Below are positions 1-14,683 of a stretch of DNA of 64,000 nt, one piece after another. A program made the translations under genes and the position numbers. The notes under the pieces were generated by a model. It saw only the letters and a program-made list of their open reading frames with translations. It was not told the origin of the DNA and ran no database searches. The stretch is from the human T2T-CHM13v2.0 reference genome, Homo sapiens: the NCBI RefSeq assembly GCF_009914755.1, contig NC_060946.1, one strand, 5' to 3'. Positions within the stretch are counted from its first letter, which is position 1; every line of letters starts with the position of its first letter.

Positions 1-1344
1 AGTTTCTTTCTCCCCGTGGGTTCGTTGTCTCGCTGGCTTCAGGAGTGATGCTGCAGATCTTCGTGGTGAGTGTTACAGCTCATAAAGGCAGTATGGACCC
101 AAAGAGTGCGCAGCAGCATGATTTATTGCAAAGAGCAAAAGAACAAAGCTATCACACTAAGGAAGGAGGCCAGAGCGAGTTGCCTCTGCCGGCTCGGGCA
201 GCCTGCTTTTATTCTCTTATCTGGCCCCACCCACATCCTGCTGATTGGTAGAGCTGAGTGGTCTGTTTTGACAGGGCGCTGATTGGTGCGTTTACAATCC
301 CTGAGCTAGACACAAAGGTTCTCCACGTCCCCACCAGATTAGGTAGATAGGGAGTGTGGACACAAAGGTTCTCCAAGGCCCCACCAGAGTAGCTAGATAC
401 AGTGTCGATTGGTGCATTCACAAACCCTGAGCTAGACACAGGGTGCTGATTGGTGTGTTTACAAACCTTGAGCTAGATACAGAGTGCTGATTGGTGTATT
501 TACAATCCCCGAGCTAGACATAAAGGTTCTCCAAGGCCCCACCAGAGTAGCTAGATACAGAGTGTCAATTAGTGCATTCACAAACCCTGAGCTAGAAACA
601 GGGTGCTGATTGGTGTGTTTACAAACCTTGAGCTAGATACAGAGTGCCAATTGGTGTATTTACAATCCCTGAGCTAGACATAAAGGTTCTCCACGTCCCC
701 ACCAGACTCAGGAGCTCAGCTTGGCTTCACCCAGTGGATCCCGCACAGGGGCTGCAGGTGGAGCTGCCTGCCAGTCCCGCACTCCTCAGCCCTTGGGTGG
801 TCGATGGGACTGGGCGCCATCGAGCAGGGGGCGGCGCTCGTCGGGGAGGCTTGGGCCGCACAGGAGCCCACGGAGGGGGTGGGAGGCTCAGGCATGGCGG
901 GCTGCAGGTCCCGAGCCCTGCCCCGCGGGAAGGCAGCTAAGGCCCGGCGAGAAATCGAGCGCAGCGCTGGTGGGCCGGCACTGCTGAGGGACCCAGTACA
1001 CCCTCCGCAGCCGCTGGCCCGGGGGCTAAGCCCTTCATTGCCCGGGGCCGGCAGGGCCGGCCGGCTGCTCCGAGTGCGGGGCCCGCCAAGCCCACGCCCA
1101 CCCGGAACTCCAGCTGGCCCGCAAGCGGCGCGCGCAGCCCCGGTTCCCGCTCGCGCCTCTCCCTCCACACCTCCTTGCAAGCTAAGGGAGCCGGCTCCGG
1201 CCTTGGCCAGCCCAGAAAGGGGCTCCTACAGTGCAGTGGTGGGCTGAAGGGCTCCTCAAGTGCTGCCAAAATGGGAGCCCAGGCAGAGGAGGCACGGAGA
1301 GCGAGCGAGGGCTGTGAAGACTGCCAGCACGCTGTCACCTCTCA
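1..1344 (-). mobile_element. LTR12C (ERV9 LTR), runs off the left edge of the window
   Basis: Minus strand starts TGAGAGGTGACAGCGTGCTGGCAG at 1344. GC-rich U3, tandem CCAAT/GATA enhancer repeats at about 241-700, AATAAAAG TATA-like box at about 206-213, poly(A) signal at about 122-127. Confidence 0.95.
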
Positions 1345-1923
1345 ATGTGGCTGATAAGGTAGACTTGGGTGGGGTAGGGGCAGCCCAACAACCCGTTCAA
1401 AGAGCTTGAGGCACGTTCCTCTTCTGCTCTCACCGCTTTTCCTTCTCCCTGGTGCTGCAGAGCATCCCACAGTTTGTGTGCACTGCCTCCCCACACTCCC
1501 TCCTCATCTCACTCTGCCTGGCTCATGTCTCCACCATCCCCTCTTGTGGCTCCTCAGGAGGCTGCCCCTGACCTCCATCTTCCCCAGGGCAGTAGGGAAT
1601 CACCCCATGTCGCCTCCCCTGGCCTCTTGCATGTCTTGACACAGAGCAGCACCCTCTCTCAAAGCGCTTCTTCTCCAGGCCTTCCAGGCCCACAGCCGAC
1701 CCATAAGCTCCTCTCTCAATGGCTACAGCCTCCGCCTCCTGTACTGCCTCCTCCTCCTGTTCTCTAATTGTCCTGGGTCTTTCCACCACTTCTGTCTCCA
1801 CATTGTGGTCCTAGGCTCCTCCACCCCAGGGCTTTAAGAACCACACACATGCTAATGACTCTCACCTTTGACCTTCTGCTGATCTTCCAGCTGAGCTTCA
1901 GACTCATATGCACTCCTAGGCTA

Positions 1924-2181
<258 letters not shown>

Positions 2182-2203
2182 CTAGTCTCCTCCGTCATAC
2201 TAA

Positions 2204-2603
<400 letters not shown>

Positions 2604-4703
2604 CAGTCTGCTCCATTTTTTTTACATTCAAAATGCATTTCCCACTGCTAACTACCTCCACTTCCTCCCCCCAGATCTAGGCCACCCTCCTCTCTTCCAT
2701 GTACCAAAACCCCTACCTATTCTTCCTATCGCCGTTCTTGGCCCCCTCTAGCCCATCCTGTACAAAGCAGCCCAAGAATGGCCTTTCTAAAGTAGATGCC
2801 ACATCACAGGACTCTTCCCCTTAAAAAACCCAACAGAATCCAAACCCTTTCTGGTGGCCTGCAGTGACAGAGCTGACCCTGCCGGCGTTTGCCGCTCTTT
2901 TCCCTCCTCTCCGTTGGTCGCCGTGGCACTGTCCTATGGGCCTTCTTTTTGTCCCCTGAACACACCAAGCTCTTTTCTGACTCTGAGCCCTTCCACTCAA
3001 TGGTCCATGCTACCTAGCAGCCCCCTCACCTTTCAGGCTGCAACTTTGACACCTGCTCAGACAGGCCTGCCCTAACCTTGTGGGCTAAAGGAGCCCCACA
3101 TCACTCTCTAGCTGCAGTTTCATTTTGTTTTGTTTTTGAGACAGGGTCTCACTCTATCACCCAGGCTAGAGTGCAGTGGTGTGATCATAGCTCACTGCAA
3201 GCTCCGCCTCCTTCCATGATAGCCTCAAACTCCAGGCCTCAATGGATCCTCCCTCCTCGGCCTCTCAAAGGTCTGGGATTACAGGCATGAGCCACTATGC
3301 CCGGCCTCTATCTGCATTTTGTGTTCAGTGTACACTTATCAGTACATAAATTATCTTGGCTAGTCGTCATTTCTGTTGTCTATCTCCAACCACCCCCGAA
3401 GCCTTTCATCTCTAGCTCCCAGAGCTGGGGACTTGTCTTGTTTACTGCCGTATTCCCAATGCCTAGAGCTCATGTGGCATGCAGCAGGCACTGGCTATGG
3501 GTGGAGGTCTCCAGCTCTGCTCCAGCTCCTGTCCCACACGGTGAGTAGCCTTCAGAAAAGGAAGTCCTTGAAAAGTGGAGGCTGGGGCTTTGTTCGGCCT
3601 TTCCCTGCCCCTAGGCTTGCGTTCAGCCCGTGGCTGTGTGTCCCTTCCTGGCTTTGCCCCTGATTTGCTCAGTGTGGGTGAGCCATAGCCAGTCTGGTGC
3701 TGAGGAAGGGGGTGGATGGGAAGGGCGGGGCCCATATGTCAGTGAGACACAGGCCACAGTTCAGATGGATGGTATCAAGTCTTCATGACTTCAGCTGCAC
3801 TTAGTTAAACATGGACCAGCCCATTGGAACCTTGTGGGCAGTAGTCTGATTTCTGCTGTCATTTCTGCTCTCTTCCAAGCTTCAATTAAGGGAGCAACAA
3901 AAGATCTCTATCATGAGCCATGTGTGGTGATCTCATCTGCTGAGACAAATATTTTTTTTTCTGGTTATATTTATAGAACACTCTCTTGTTTCCTTGAACA
4001 ACCCTAGCTGGCATTATCTTGTTTACTTTCTCTTCATCTAGATTTGCATTTGCAGGGGGGCAGCTTTTATCTGTTGCTCTTAGCTGTGTGGGATTTCAAA
4101 TTCCTCTGTTTTTCTTCTTTTAGCTTTCATCTGTGAGCTCTTTTAAAATCAAGCAGTTTGTAACTTATAGTTACCAAGGCAGTAATTAATATTATAAGAA
4201 AATAGACAACACCGGCTCCAGCTAAGCACTCTGTGATAATTTTTCTTAGCAGTGTCTTGTGGCCTTGCAGAGGAAAATGGAACTTGGTATTCCTTTCCCC
4301 TTTGTGCCAGTCATGTGCTTCCTGATGCCAGGCCTCCCTCCAGCCCTCCCATCACAGGGAAACTAGTACAGACCACCCCCACAGACCTGTGGACTGACAC
4401 CTGACTACCTTTGGGGGCATCTGACCTTGCCTGCGGTCCCACGGTGACTCACAGTGAAACTAAGATGCACAGCTCGGGTAGGAACCTGCTGGCCCAGCAA
4501 GAGAATCTCTTCTTCGGGGACCCATTAAGCTAGGCTCTGTCAGGTGAGGAGAATGGGGACCCTGCAGGCAAGGAGAGACCGTGGGTGGGCTGAAATCTGT
4601 TCCTGCAGTCGGGGAAAGGCTGTGGGCTCAAGGAGGCATAAAGAGGCGACACCCAAGCAAAGGCAGCACTGTGCCGACTGTGTCTTTGGTGCCCCTCAAC
4701 TTC

Positions 4704-5105
<402 letters not shown>

Positions 5106-7139
5106 TAGTCTAGATGCTCTTTCTGTACTTCCCCCTGGGCAGAAGCAGCAGCCCTGAGCCCCCACAGTGCTCGCCTTGTTCTGGGGACACACAGTGTAGT
5201 TGCATATGCCTGAGACACACTCAAATGAGCATCACGAGCAAGGCTCAAGGCCCATGACGTCATCCTCTCACTGTTCTTGGCTTTAACTAGAAACTTACTG
5301 GTGACTCATGTCCAGTTTTGGCTTTAAAGGTAAAAGAGACTGGGAACAATTGGATACAGTCCATATAAGAACAAATAAAATGAATACTTGGAAAATAGGT
5401 CCTATGCGAATACAATTAGGACTACTTAAATTAGACTACAGCAGGCAGATGGAAGAGGTTATTTATATGAGGAATAGTGATAAACTCTTCTCTTTTATGC
5501 CTTTTTGGATGTAGATGGGATAGAAATGATATTCCTGCTTTATTTATTTCTCTCTACTGAAAACCAAATAAAAGAAATTGGGCTTGATTTGCAACTGCAG
5601 AGATGTAGGGTGGATATAAGGCATTATTTCCATATGTTGTTAGACACTGATCTTTCGGGGTACTTGTTTTTGTTTCTTTTTCTAAAAAATGTGAAAAAGC
5701 AAGGCACATCAATGATAGCTTTGCTGCAGTGGAGCTAGTTAATATTTTCTAAGTACCTGAGAACTAGGACCTTGGTAGAACCCCACAGAAGCCAGAAAAT
5801 ATATATTCCCTGTTTTCTGAAAGGTTCTGATATTAGGATTAGCTATTCTGATTGTTTTTATTCCTAAAAGTTAAATGCAGTGGGGTAGAGGGTAGAGCAA
5901 GTGGAAGGAAGATGTTGAGCATGTGTCCTGGCTCTGACATTCACTAACTCTCTGACCTTGGGTGAACATAGGGGCCTCATTTACAATGTGGTAATGATGA
6001 TAGCTTTCCTTCTTAACTCACAGGTCATTAAGTGTGTTAAACAGCATCACAAATATGACAGCGGGCCATAAACTGTTGAGTGCTATACAAAGACAGAAAC
6101 TATTCTTAATTTGGATAAACCATCCTTGATCAAATGTGTTTCCAGCTAAAAATTCTTGATGGAACTTGATTCCCAGGTTTGAATTTCAAAACCTGTGTAG
6201 TCCACGCATTCGAACAACCTCCTGTCCACCCACCCACTTGCCTCTCAGAGAATGTCTACTCTGTGGTAGGCACTGTAACAGGCATGGCGATGCCACGATG
6301 AATCTCACACAGTGCCTGGCTATGTGGGAAGGCAGATGACAGTCTGGTCAGGGTGGAGAGAGAAGGAAACAGGTCATTACAGTGCAGAGCGGTGAGCCCT
6401 CTGATCTGGCCAGGCATAGGTGCTGCAGGACCTCACCTGGGGGCCCCAGATCCAGCCTGGTGAGGACAGAAGGAAACTTCTTAGAAGTGCTCGCCAACCC
6501 AGGCTTGAGTGATAGAAGTTAGCCAAATGAAGAAGGAATGGGTTGGGGAGGACCCTAGCACCCAGAAGCAAAGTGAAAGCTCAGTACACTGCAAGACCTG
6601 CTGGTAAAGTTAAAGGTTACACGTTGCCCATGCAGGAGGACAGGGGAGAAGGGAGGCATGTCAACCAGAAGCCACCCCACGCCCAGCTTGTCTGCCTTGT
6701 TAGGGAGTTTGGACTTTATCTTGAGGTCAATAGAGAGCCTCTGAGAGGTTTTAAATAGGGAGTGTTAAGATCGGATTGAAATGTCAGAGATGTCACTCCT
6801 AATGCGATGTTGAGGATGAACTGGAGTGGGCAGGACGCTGGTCAGGAAGACCAGCAAGACTGTTGCAGCAATTTTGGGAGGAATGGAGGTGGCCTGACTA
6901 GGAGACGGTAGATTGGTCAAGAGTTTCAATGATGCAAGCAGATAGGACCATTGTTACAGAAGGAAGAAAAGGAGTGAGAAAGTTGGAAAGATAGGATGTT
7001 GAGATCAGAGAGTGGAAGATAAAATAGTTTCTGATGATGGCTGGGACCAGGGTGTAGCCTTCAGAATGGAGCTGAAAAATGAGTGGAGATGAAGGTCATG
7101 TGACATGAGGTCAAGGATGTGGGAGGTTTCTCCTAGGGC

Positions 7140-7905
<766 letters not shown>

Positions 7906-9127
7906 TATACTCCTTTCTCTTTTAGACTTTTGATTATGGCCCACAACAAGAAAAGTAGTTTACACCATGACCTATTACACATGAAGGTATTATGTCATGG
8001 AAATAACCTATTATTGGCATATGTTTTATATTATACATATAATTAAAATAAATATTTTACCCCCAAACCACCTTTCTTACATGTGAAGTACTCTAATTAA
8101 TTTTCTTTCTACTCTGTTTCTTTAAAAAAAGGTTGCTGGCCACAGTCCTCGAAATCAATTTCGTGACACATTAATGGGTTGTGATTCTGAGTTTGTAAAT
8201 AGTTGGTCTGTTTGGACATTGAAGTTACCCACGATGATGGCAAGACTTGGAATGAAGTGGTGCCAAAGTCTTCAATGAATATGGAGGGGCAGAGGCACAG
8301 CTCCATGCATTTGTCCTCGTGAATGGCCTGTGATTTCAGCACAATCTATTAGGTAAAGGTCCAAACTATCAGTTTACTTCTGGTGTAAACAGGATAATTC
8401 ACAGATTTGCTGTTTTTCCCCAATGGTCTCCAGCTGGCATGGGTCTTTAATTTATTCACTGCCAGTGACCATTCCCCTCCCTTTTTCCATCCTAGGGAAG
8501 AACTAAGTAAACTGCCCTTCTTCACGTGCCCCAGCTCCGTAGTCTGATCTGGAAAAGGGGCAGGGGCACGGGAACCTCAGCAGCAGGTGACTGTGGCCTC
8601 CAGACTCTGCCATGCTTCCAAAAGCTCCAGCCATCTCATGGTTGCAAGAATCTCCCAGAGGGAGAGGCCATGTCCAAGGCGACGGTGGGTGGGGTTCAGC
8701 CTCCCAGGCTAAGGCTGGGAACGTGCCTTGCCCAGAGGAGAGGGCAGGGTGGGAGGCACTGAGGGCAAGGGTCAGGGCTCCCACAGAGCCAGTGTGTGTG
8801 GGAGGAGAACGGGGGTAACTTGTTGTCCTGCCAGTCTAAGAAAGTCAAAGGGTTTCTCGTTGTCTCCCTGAGTCATTACACCCCCAGCTATTTTTGTTAA
8901 ACATTAACACAAAGTGTCAGGAGAGCTTCACCATTTTTAATGAGCTAATCTCTGTGGCATCCCCATAGAATGAGGTCAGAACAATCACCATCTCAGTAGC
9001 AGGGAAAAAATAGGCAGAGGTGGGAAGGGAAATCGAAGGGAAATTCACATTTCATCAAGCAATTACTGACACCCATTCTGCACTGCACTGATATTGCAAT
9101 ATATGATGCAAACAAGACAGTCTCTGC

Positions 9128-9862
<735 letters not shown>

Positions 9863-11400
9863 AACTTGTTTAGAAAAGTGGGACTGAGGTTAATATCAGG
9901 AGTCTAGAGTTCAAGAGTGGACAGCCAGGCAGGACTGATCTTGTCAAGATTTTGATGTGGTTGGATGATATGATCAACAGATCACAGAGAACCCTAGGGC
10001 ATTGCAATGCTTAGGCTGGGCCATTTGAGCGCCAGCACCTCGCTATAAAACACACTGAGCTGGAGAGTCAATGATACAAGAGCTTAAGGATTTTATAAAA
10101 CATGACTACATACAGCACTTCATATTAGTCAATGTTCTTTCACAGTAATGATTGCATTTTATCCTTATAACCCAGCAAGGTCAGTATAGTGGGCATTTCC
10201 TTATGCTAATACCTCTGTTCTTCACCACCCCACACCCTTTTCCTTGATAAAGATTCTGGGGATTGGAGAGGAAGTAACTTGTTCTGCACTAACTGGAAAA
10301 AGAACCTAGACATTCTGACCCAGCCTAGGGCTCTCTCCACTACTTCAGACGCCTCTTTAGCTCGACTCTCCCCTCCAACCCTGCTTTTTCTGCACAGCCC
10401 AGTGAGTTCTTGCTTGCTGAAAGAACCTGGCCCAGCCAGGAAAAAGGACACCGGGAGCTTCACATATGTTGGTCTTCAGAGGCAGCGCTCGTGTGCCACC
10501 AACATAAATCTGATAGGCACTGAGATCTCGGTCTTCCCTTTTATTCTGGGGAGGGAAGAGTGGAGCTTAGGCTAGACCATCCCTGCCACCGGCCAACTCA
10601 CTGAATCGGTTCCTCTGGGAGGAGCACTGGGAGTTGGGGTGATGTGGTATAGCCGAATTGATGTCCCATTTCTGGGTTAGGATCTGGCCCTGCCATTTAC
10701 TAGCTTGTAGTGTCAGGCAAATTTCTTAACTTTTCTGAGCTTCAGTCTAATGGCAATAGCCAGGATTATTGTTAAGATTAAGCCTGCACCATAAGCTTCA
10801 TTCCTTGAATAGCTAGTGTTACAAATGGTGAGCTGTTAGCCCCAGGGAGTTCGGAAGTCTCTGCGGTTTTATCCGGGGGTCCTGGTATTGCCCGCTCTGA
10901 GGATGGGTCAGGCTCTGTGGAGATTCCCCACTTAACCTACCGCATCCTGAACACTGGAGGCTGTTGTTCTGGGATCCAAAGCTGCTCCACTGTTGCCCCA
11001 GGGCATCCTGACCTAGTGAATTGCCTCCTTTAGAAGCACTACTTTCCCATCCTCCCAGACTAGCTAATTTACTGCTGATGAAAATAGCTTTAACGGAACT
11101 TGGGTCCCAGGAAGGCCACCGCTGGCCTAGAGCATAGAATTCCAGGGCAGAAAGGGCTTCCAGGGGTCTCACACTCACTCCCAACTCTGATTCCAAGGAG
11201 ACAATCCCCACAGTGGAAATCTGTTAAAACACTGAGTAAATCAAGATGGTTCCTGCTAATATCTGACTAACGTTTTCTTCCAGCTGTACGTTCCCAACCT
11301 GCCTGAACGAGGCCTCTAGGACGGCAGCGTCCAATCACATCTCCCCTCTGCTTTCCTAACTGAATGTTGATATTCTCAGCCTATTTTGCTTGTACAAGTC

Positions 11401-11412
11401 CCGTCTGTCTGT

Positions 11413-11446
<34 letters not shown>

Positions 11447-11824
11447 TCCTTCCTTCCTTCTTCCTTCCTTCCTTCCTTCCTTCTTCCTTCCTTCCTTCCT
11501 TCTTTCCTTCCCTCCCTCCCTCCCTCCCTCTCTCTTTCTTTTTTTCTTTCGACAGAGTCTCGCTCTGTTGCCCAGGCTGGAGTGCAGTGGCGCAATCTCG
11601 GCTCATTGCAAGCTCCGCCTCCTGGGTTCACGCCATTCTCCTGCCTCAGCCTCCTGAGTAGCCTACAGGCGCCCGCCACCACGCCCAGCTAATTTTTTGT
11701 ATTTTTAGTAGAGACGGGGTTTCACCATGTTAGCCAGGATGGTCTCAATCTCCTGACCTAACGATCCGCCTGCCTCGGCCTCCCACAGTGCTGGGATTAC
11801 AGGTGTGAGCCACCGCACCCAGCC
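11401..11824 (-). repeat. (CTGC)n/(CTTC)n/(CCCT)n compound microsatellite grown from the tail of an AluY-like element (about 11540-11824)
   Basis: Direct reading of the sequence. Confidence 0.9.
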
Positions 11825-14428
11825 AAGTCCCGTTTTTCAAACTCAATTTGCTTCTTGCCTCCAGACCCTCTCTGAGGTTTTGTGTTTCCTCTCCCATTCA
11901 GGTGGGGGCTGGGGTGGGAGGCGGGCAGAGGCTGATCCAGCAGTTGGAAAGGGTGCAGCCCAGGTTCTCCTAACTCAGGAAGAGAAGGGGGGAAAGGAAG
12001 GCCTTATCCAAGGATATAGCACGTTCTCTTTGGTAAACCAGAGAGACACTTTTGTTTTCTTAGCCACAGAGTGCCCAAGGGGAGCCTCAGGGTACAGGGT
12101 GGCAGAGGTGGGAATAAGGACTGGGTGGGGGAGGCCAAGGGAGGGCCTAGAGTGCGGGTGCAGGAGTCAACACTCCAGGACGCAGATGTGCTTGATAAGA
12201 CAGGTGACTGGCCTGGAAGGTTGAGATCACAGCCTTACTTCTTTATTTTACCTCGCTAGTGGAGACCTGGTTACTCACGAGGCCAAGGGATCCTGATCAT
12301 TCATTCAAGAAATATTCACTGCCTAGCTAGGTAAGGAGTTAGAAATAAAATGCGCAGCAAAGCCCTGCAGGAGTTAATAGTTTGGTGTGGGATTTGCTTC
12401 CGTAAGCAGACGGTGAGCAGGCTGCAATGCAGGTAAGTACAGGGTGCCACAGGAAGATAGACAAGTAGCTCGTCACCCACCTGACAGAGGCAAGGAGAGA
12501 TTTAGGAAAATCTTCCCAGAAGGGGTGATAATTGAGCTAAACTCTGGAGGGTTAAAAGGGGTCAGCCTGTCCAGGAAGCAGAGAGGGGCTTCCAAGAAGA
12601 AGGAGTCATTTGCTTAAAGTCCCAGGTTGAGAGAGGGCAGAGTGGGCCAGGACAGTGGCAGGGTGGGCTTTATGACTGCAGCTGTGGGTATGAGGAGGAG
12701 ACTAAGAGTGAGAAATGAGGCCAGGAAGGCAGGCAGGGGCTGGGTCCTGAGGGACATGGGCAAGCTGCTTCCAGGAGATGGATGAAATGAGCGTGTGCTC
12801 CTTGAAGGAGTCTTCCTGGCTGTGCCCACCAACGGGCAGGCAGTGGCGGCCCCCGTCGGTCAAAGCTGTGTCATCGCTCAGAGGCTTGCTAAGCTGCAAG
12901 TCATGCAGGTGCAGGCAGAGGCGGGGGCAGGAGGGCAGAGGTTCTTAGCCAGCATGATGGGGCACAGCTATGTAATTCTCGGGTGGTTTGGGGATAGGAG
13001 GATTCTTTCCACACACTCTGACGCTGTCACTCCAAAGTCAGGCATTTCTTCACTTGACAATGGGCACCTGTAGGATGGATGGGGCATGGCAGCCATATCT
13101 GCAGCTGTATGCCAGTTGCATTTGGTGCAGAGAGCAGAGGGCAACACTGCTCTAAATTCAATGGCTCTGGAAAGGAGGTGGGGTGAGAGGCAGGAGAGGT
13201 GATGACATTGGCATGTGGGTCCTGGCTCCTAAATACCGTGGCTCGCTTTACAATCTGCCGGGTCTTGCATGTCCAAGGAAGTACGCAACCTCGATGTGAT
13301 GGTCTAAGAGAATATTTTATTGCTACTTGCTATTATTGAGAATTGAAAATGGATCTGACTGGGCAGAGAACACACCAATCCCATCACATCATCCCTGCCA
13401 CCCATACAGCAGTCTGCTGCTCCCTCTTCATACAAAGTCCTTTATCTGTTTGGCTGCTGGGGTTTGAGAGAAGCAGCAGCATGGCAGGGATTGTCATTTG
13501 CTTTGAATTTATTCAGCTCTGATCTATTGGGGTGGTACCATGGTCTCCCCAAATTCAGACAGAAAGGGAGTAGTGAGGATAAGACCCCTTGGTGGGGAGC
13601 TTAATGTGGACTAGCGGCTCATCCTGCATGTCCAGGAACTGGATGGCTCCAAGCCAACTGTCTTCCTCAGGGGCAGGGTCTTCTTTAGATCCCCAACACT
13701 GCAGTCTCGGCACCTTGCTACTGCCCTGATTTCCACAGACTGGCAGGACGTGATGCATGCCACATTGCACCAGAGTGATCACAGCTGTGGACAATTCTAC
13801 TAAAACTACTTGCAACTCAGCCACCTGCACAATCATTTTCTCCCTTTTTGCTACCCTTCTTCTCAATCTTTCACTTCCCTCTCACATTTTGCTAGGCAAA
13901 AGAATGACCTAAATTAAGTGCTCCTTCCCTTACCTACTCCTTTAACCCCTCTTTTCCGTTCTCCCTTTCAGCTCTCTCTCACCCGGTTCTTCTCATCCCC
14001 CTTCCTCTTCCTGTTCTGCAGCCAGCTGTGCTGGGTCGAGGGGTCAAGGGAGTGACTAAAGTGCCGTGTGTCCTTGTTGGTGGGTTTGACACTTTATCCT
14101 CCAAATGCTAAACGGTGCCTCTGCCATCGCACAGTGCCACCAGGTGCCTTGCCCTGTGGTTTACGTTATGCACTGGGGGCACCTTTCACATACAATACAA
14201 AGTCCACGGGGCCACTGGAGTTGTGCAGCTCAGCCACCTTGGTTTCAATGTGGCACTCAGAAGCCTCCAAAGCAACAAATCTCTTAGGGGAAAATGGTGG
14301 CCTCTTGGTGGAGACCAGGTTCTCAGATGGACGTCTAAGTCTGTGAAAAATGCCTCTATGTACCCAAGTCTCCCTGTTACTGTTAACCTGAGGCTCAGAG
14401 CCTTCTGACTCAAAAATCTTCCTACTTA

Positions 14429-14683
14429 GGCTGGGTGCAGTGGCTTACACCTGTATCCCCAGAACTTAGGGAGGCCAAGGCAGGTGGATCACTTGAGCCC
14501 AGGAGTTTGAGACCAGCCTGGCCACCATGGTGAAACTGCTTCAGAGGCTGAGGCACAAGAATCGCTTGAACCTGGGAGGTGGAGGTTGTAGTGAGCCTAG
14601 GTGGTGCCACTGCACTCCAGCCTGGGTAATAGAGTGAGACCTTGTCTCAAAAAACAAACAAACAAACAAACAAACAAACAAAC
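14429..14683 (+). mobile_element. Alu with internal deletion and (CAAA)n tail
   Basis: Alu consensus lacking the middle A-rich linker region. Confidence 0.85.

Noticed and set aside
644-1338. Overlapping 88-154 aa ORFs
   Set aside because: All lie in the GC-rich LTR12C U3 region.
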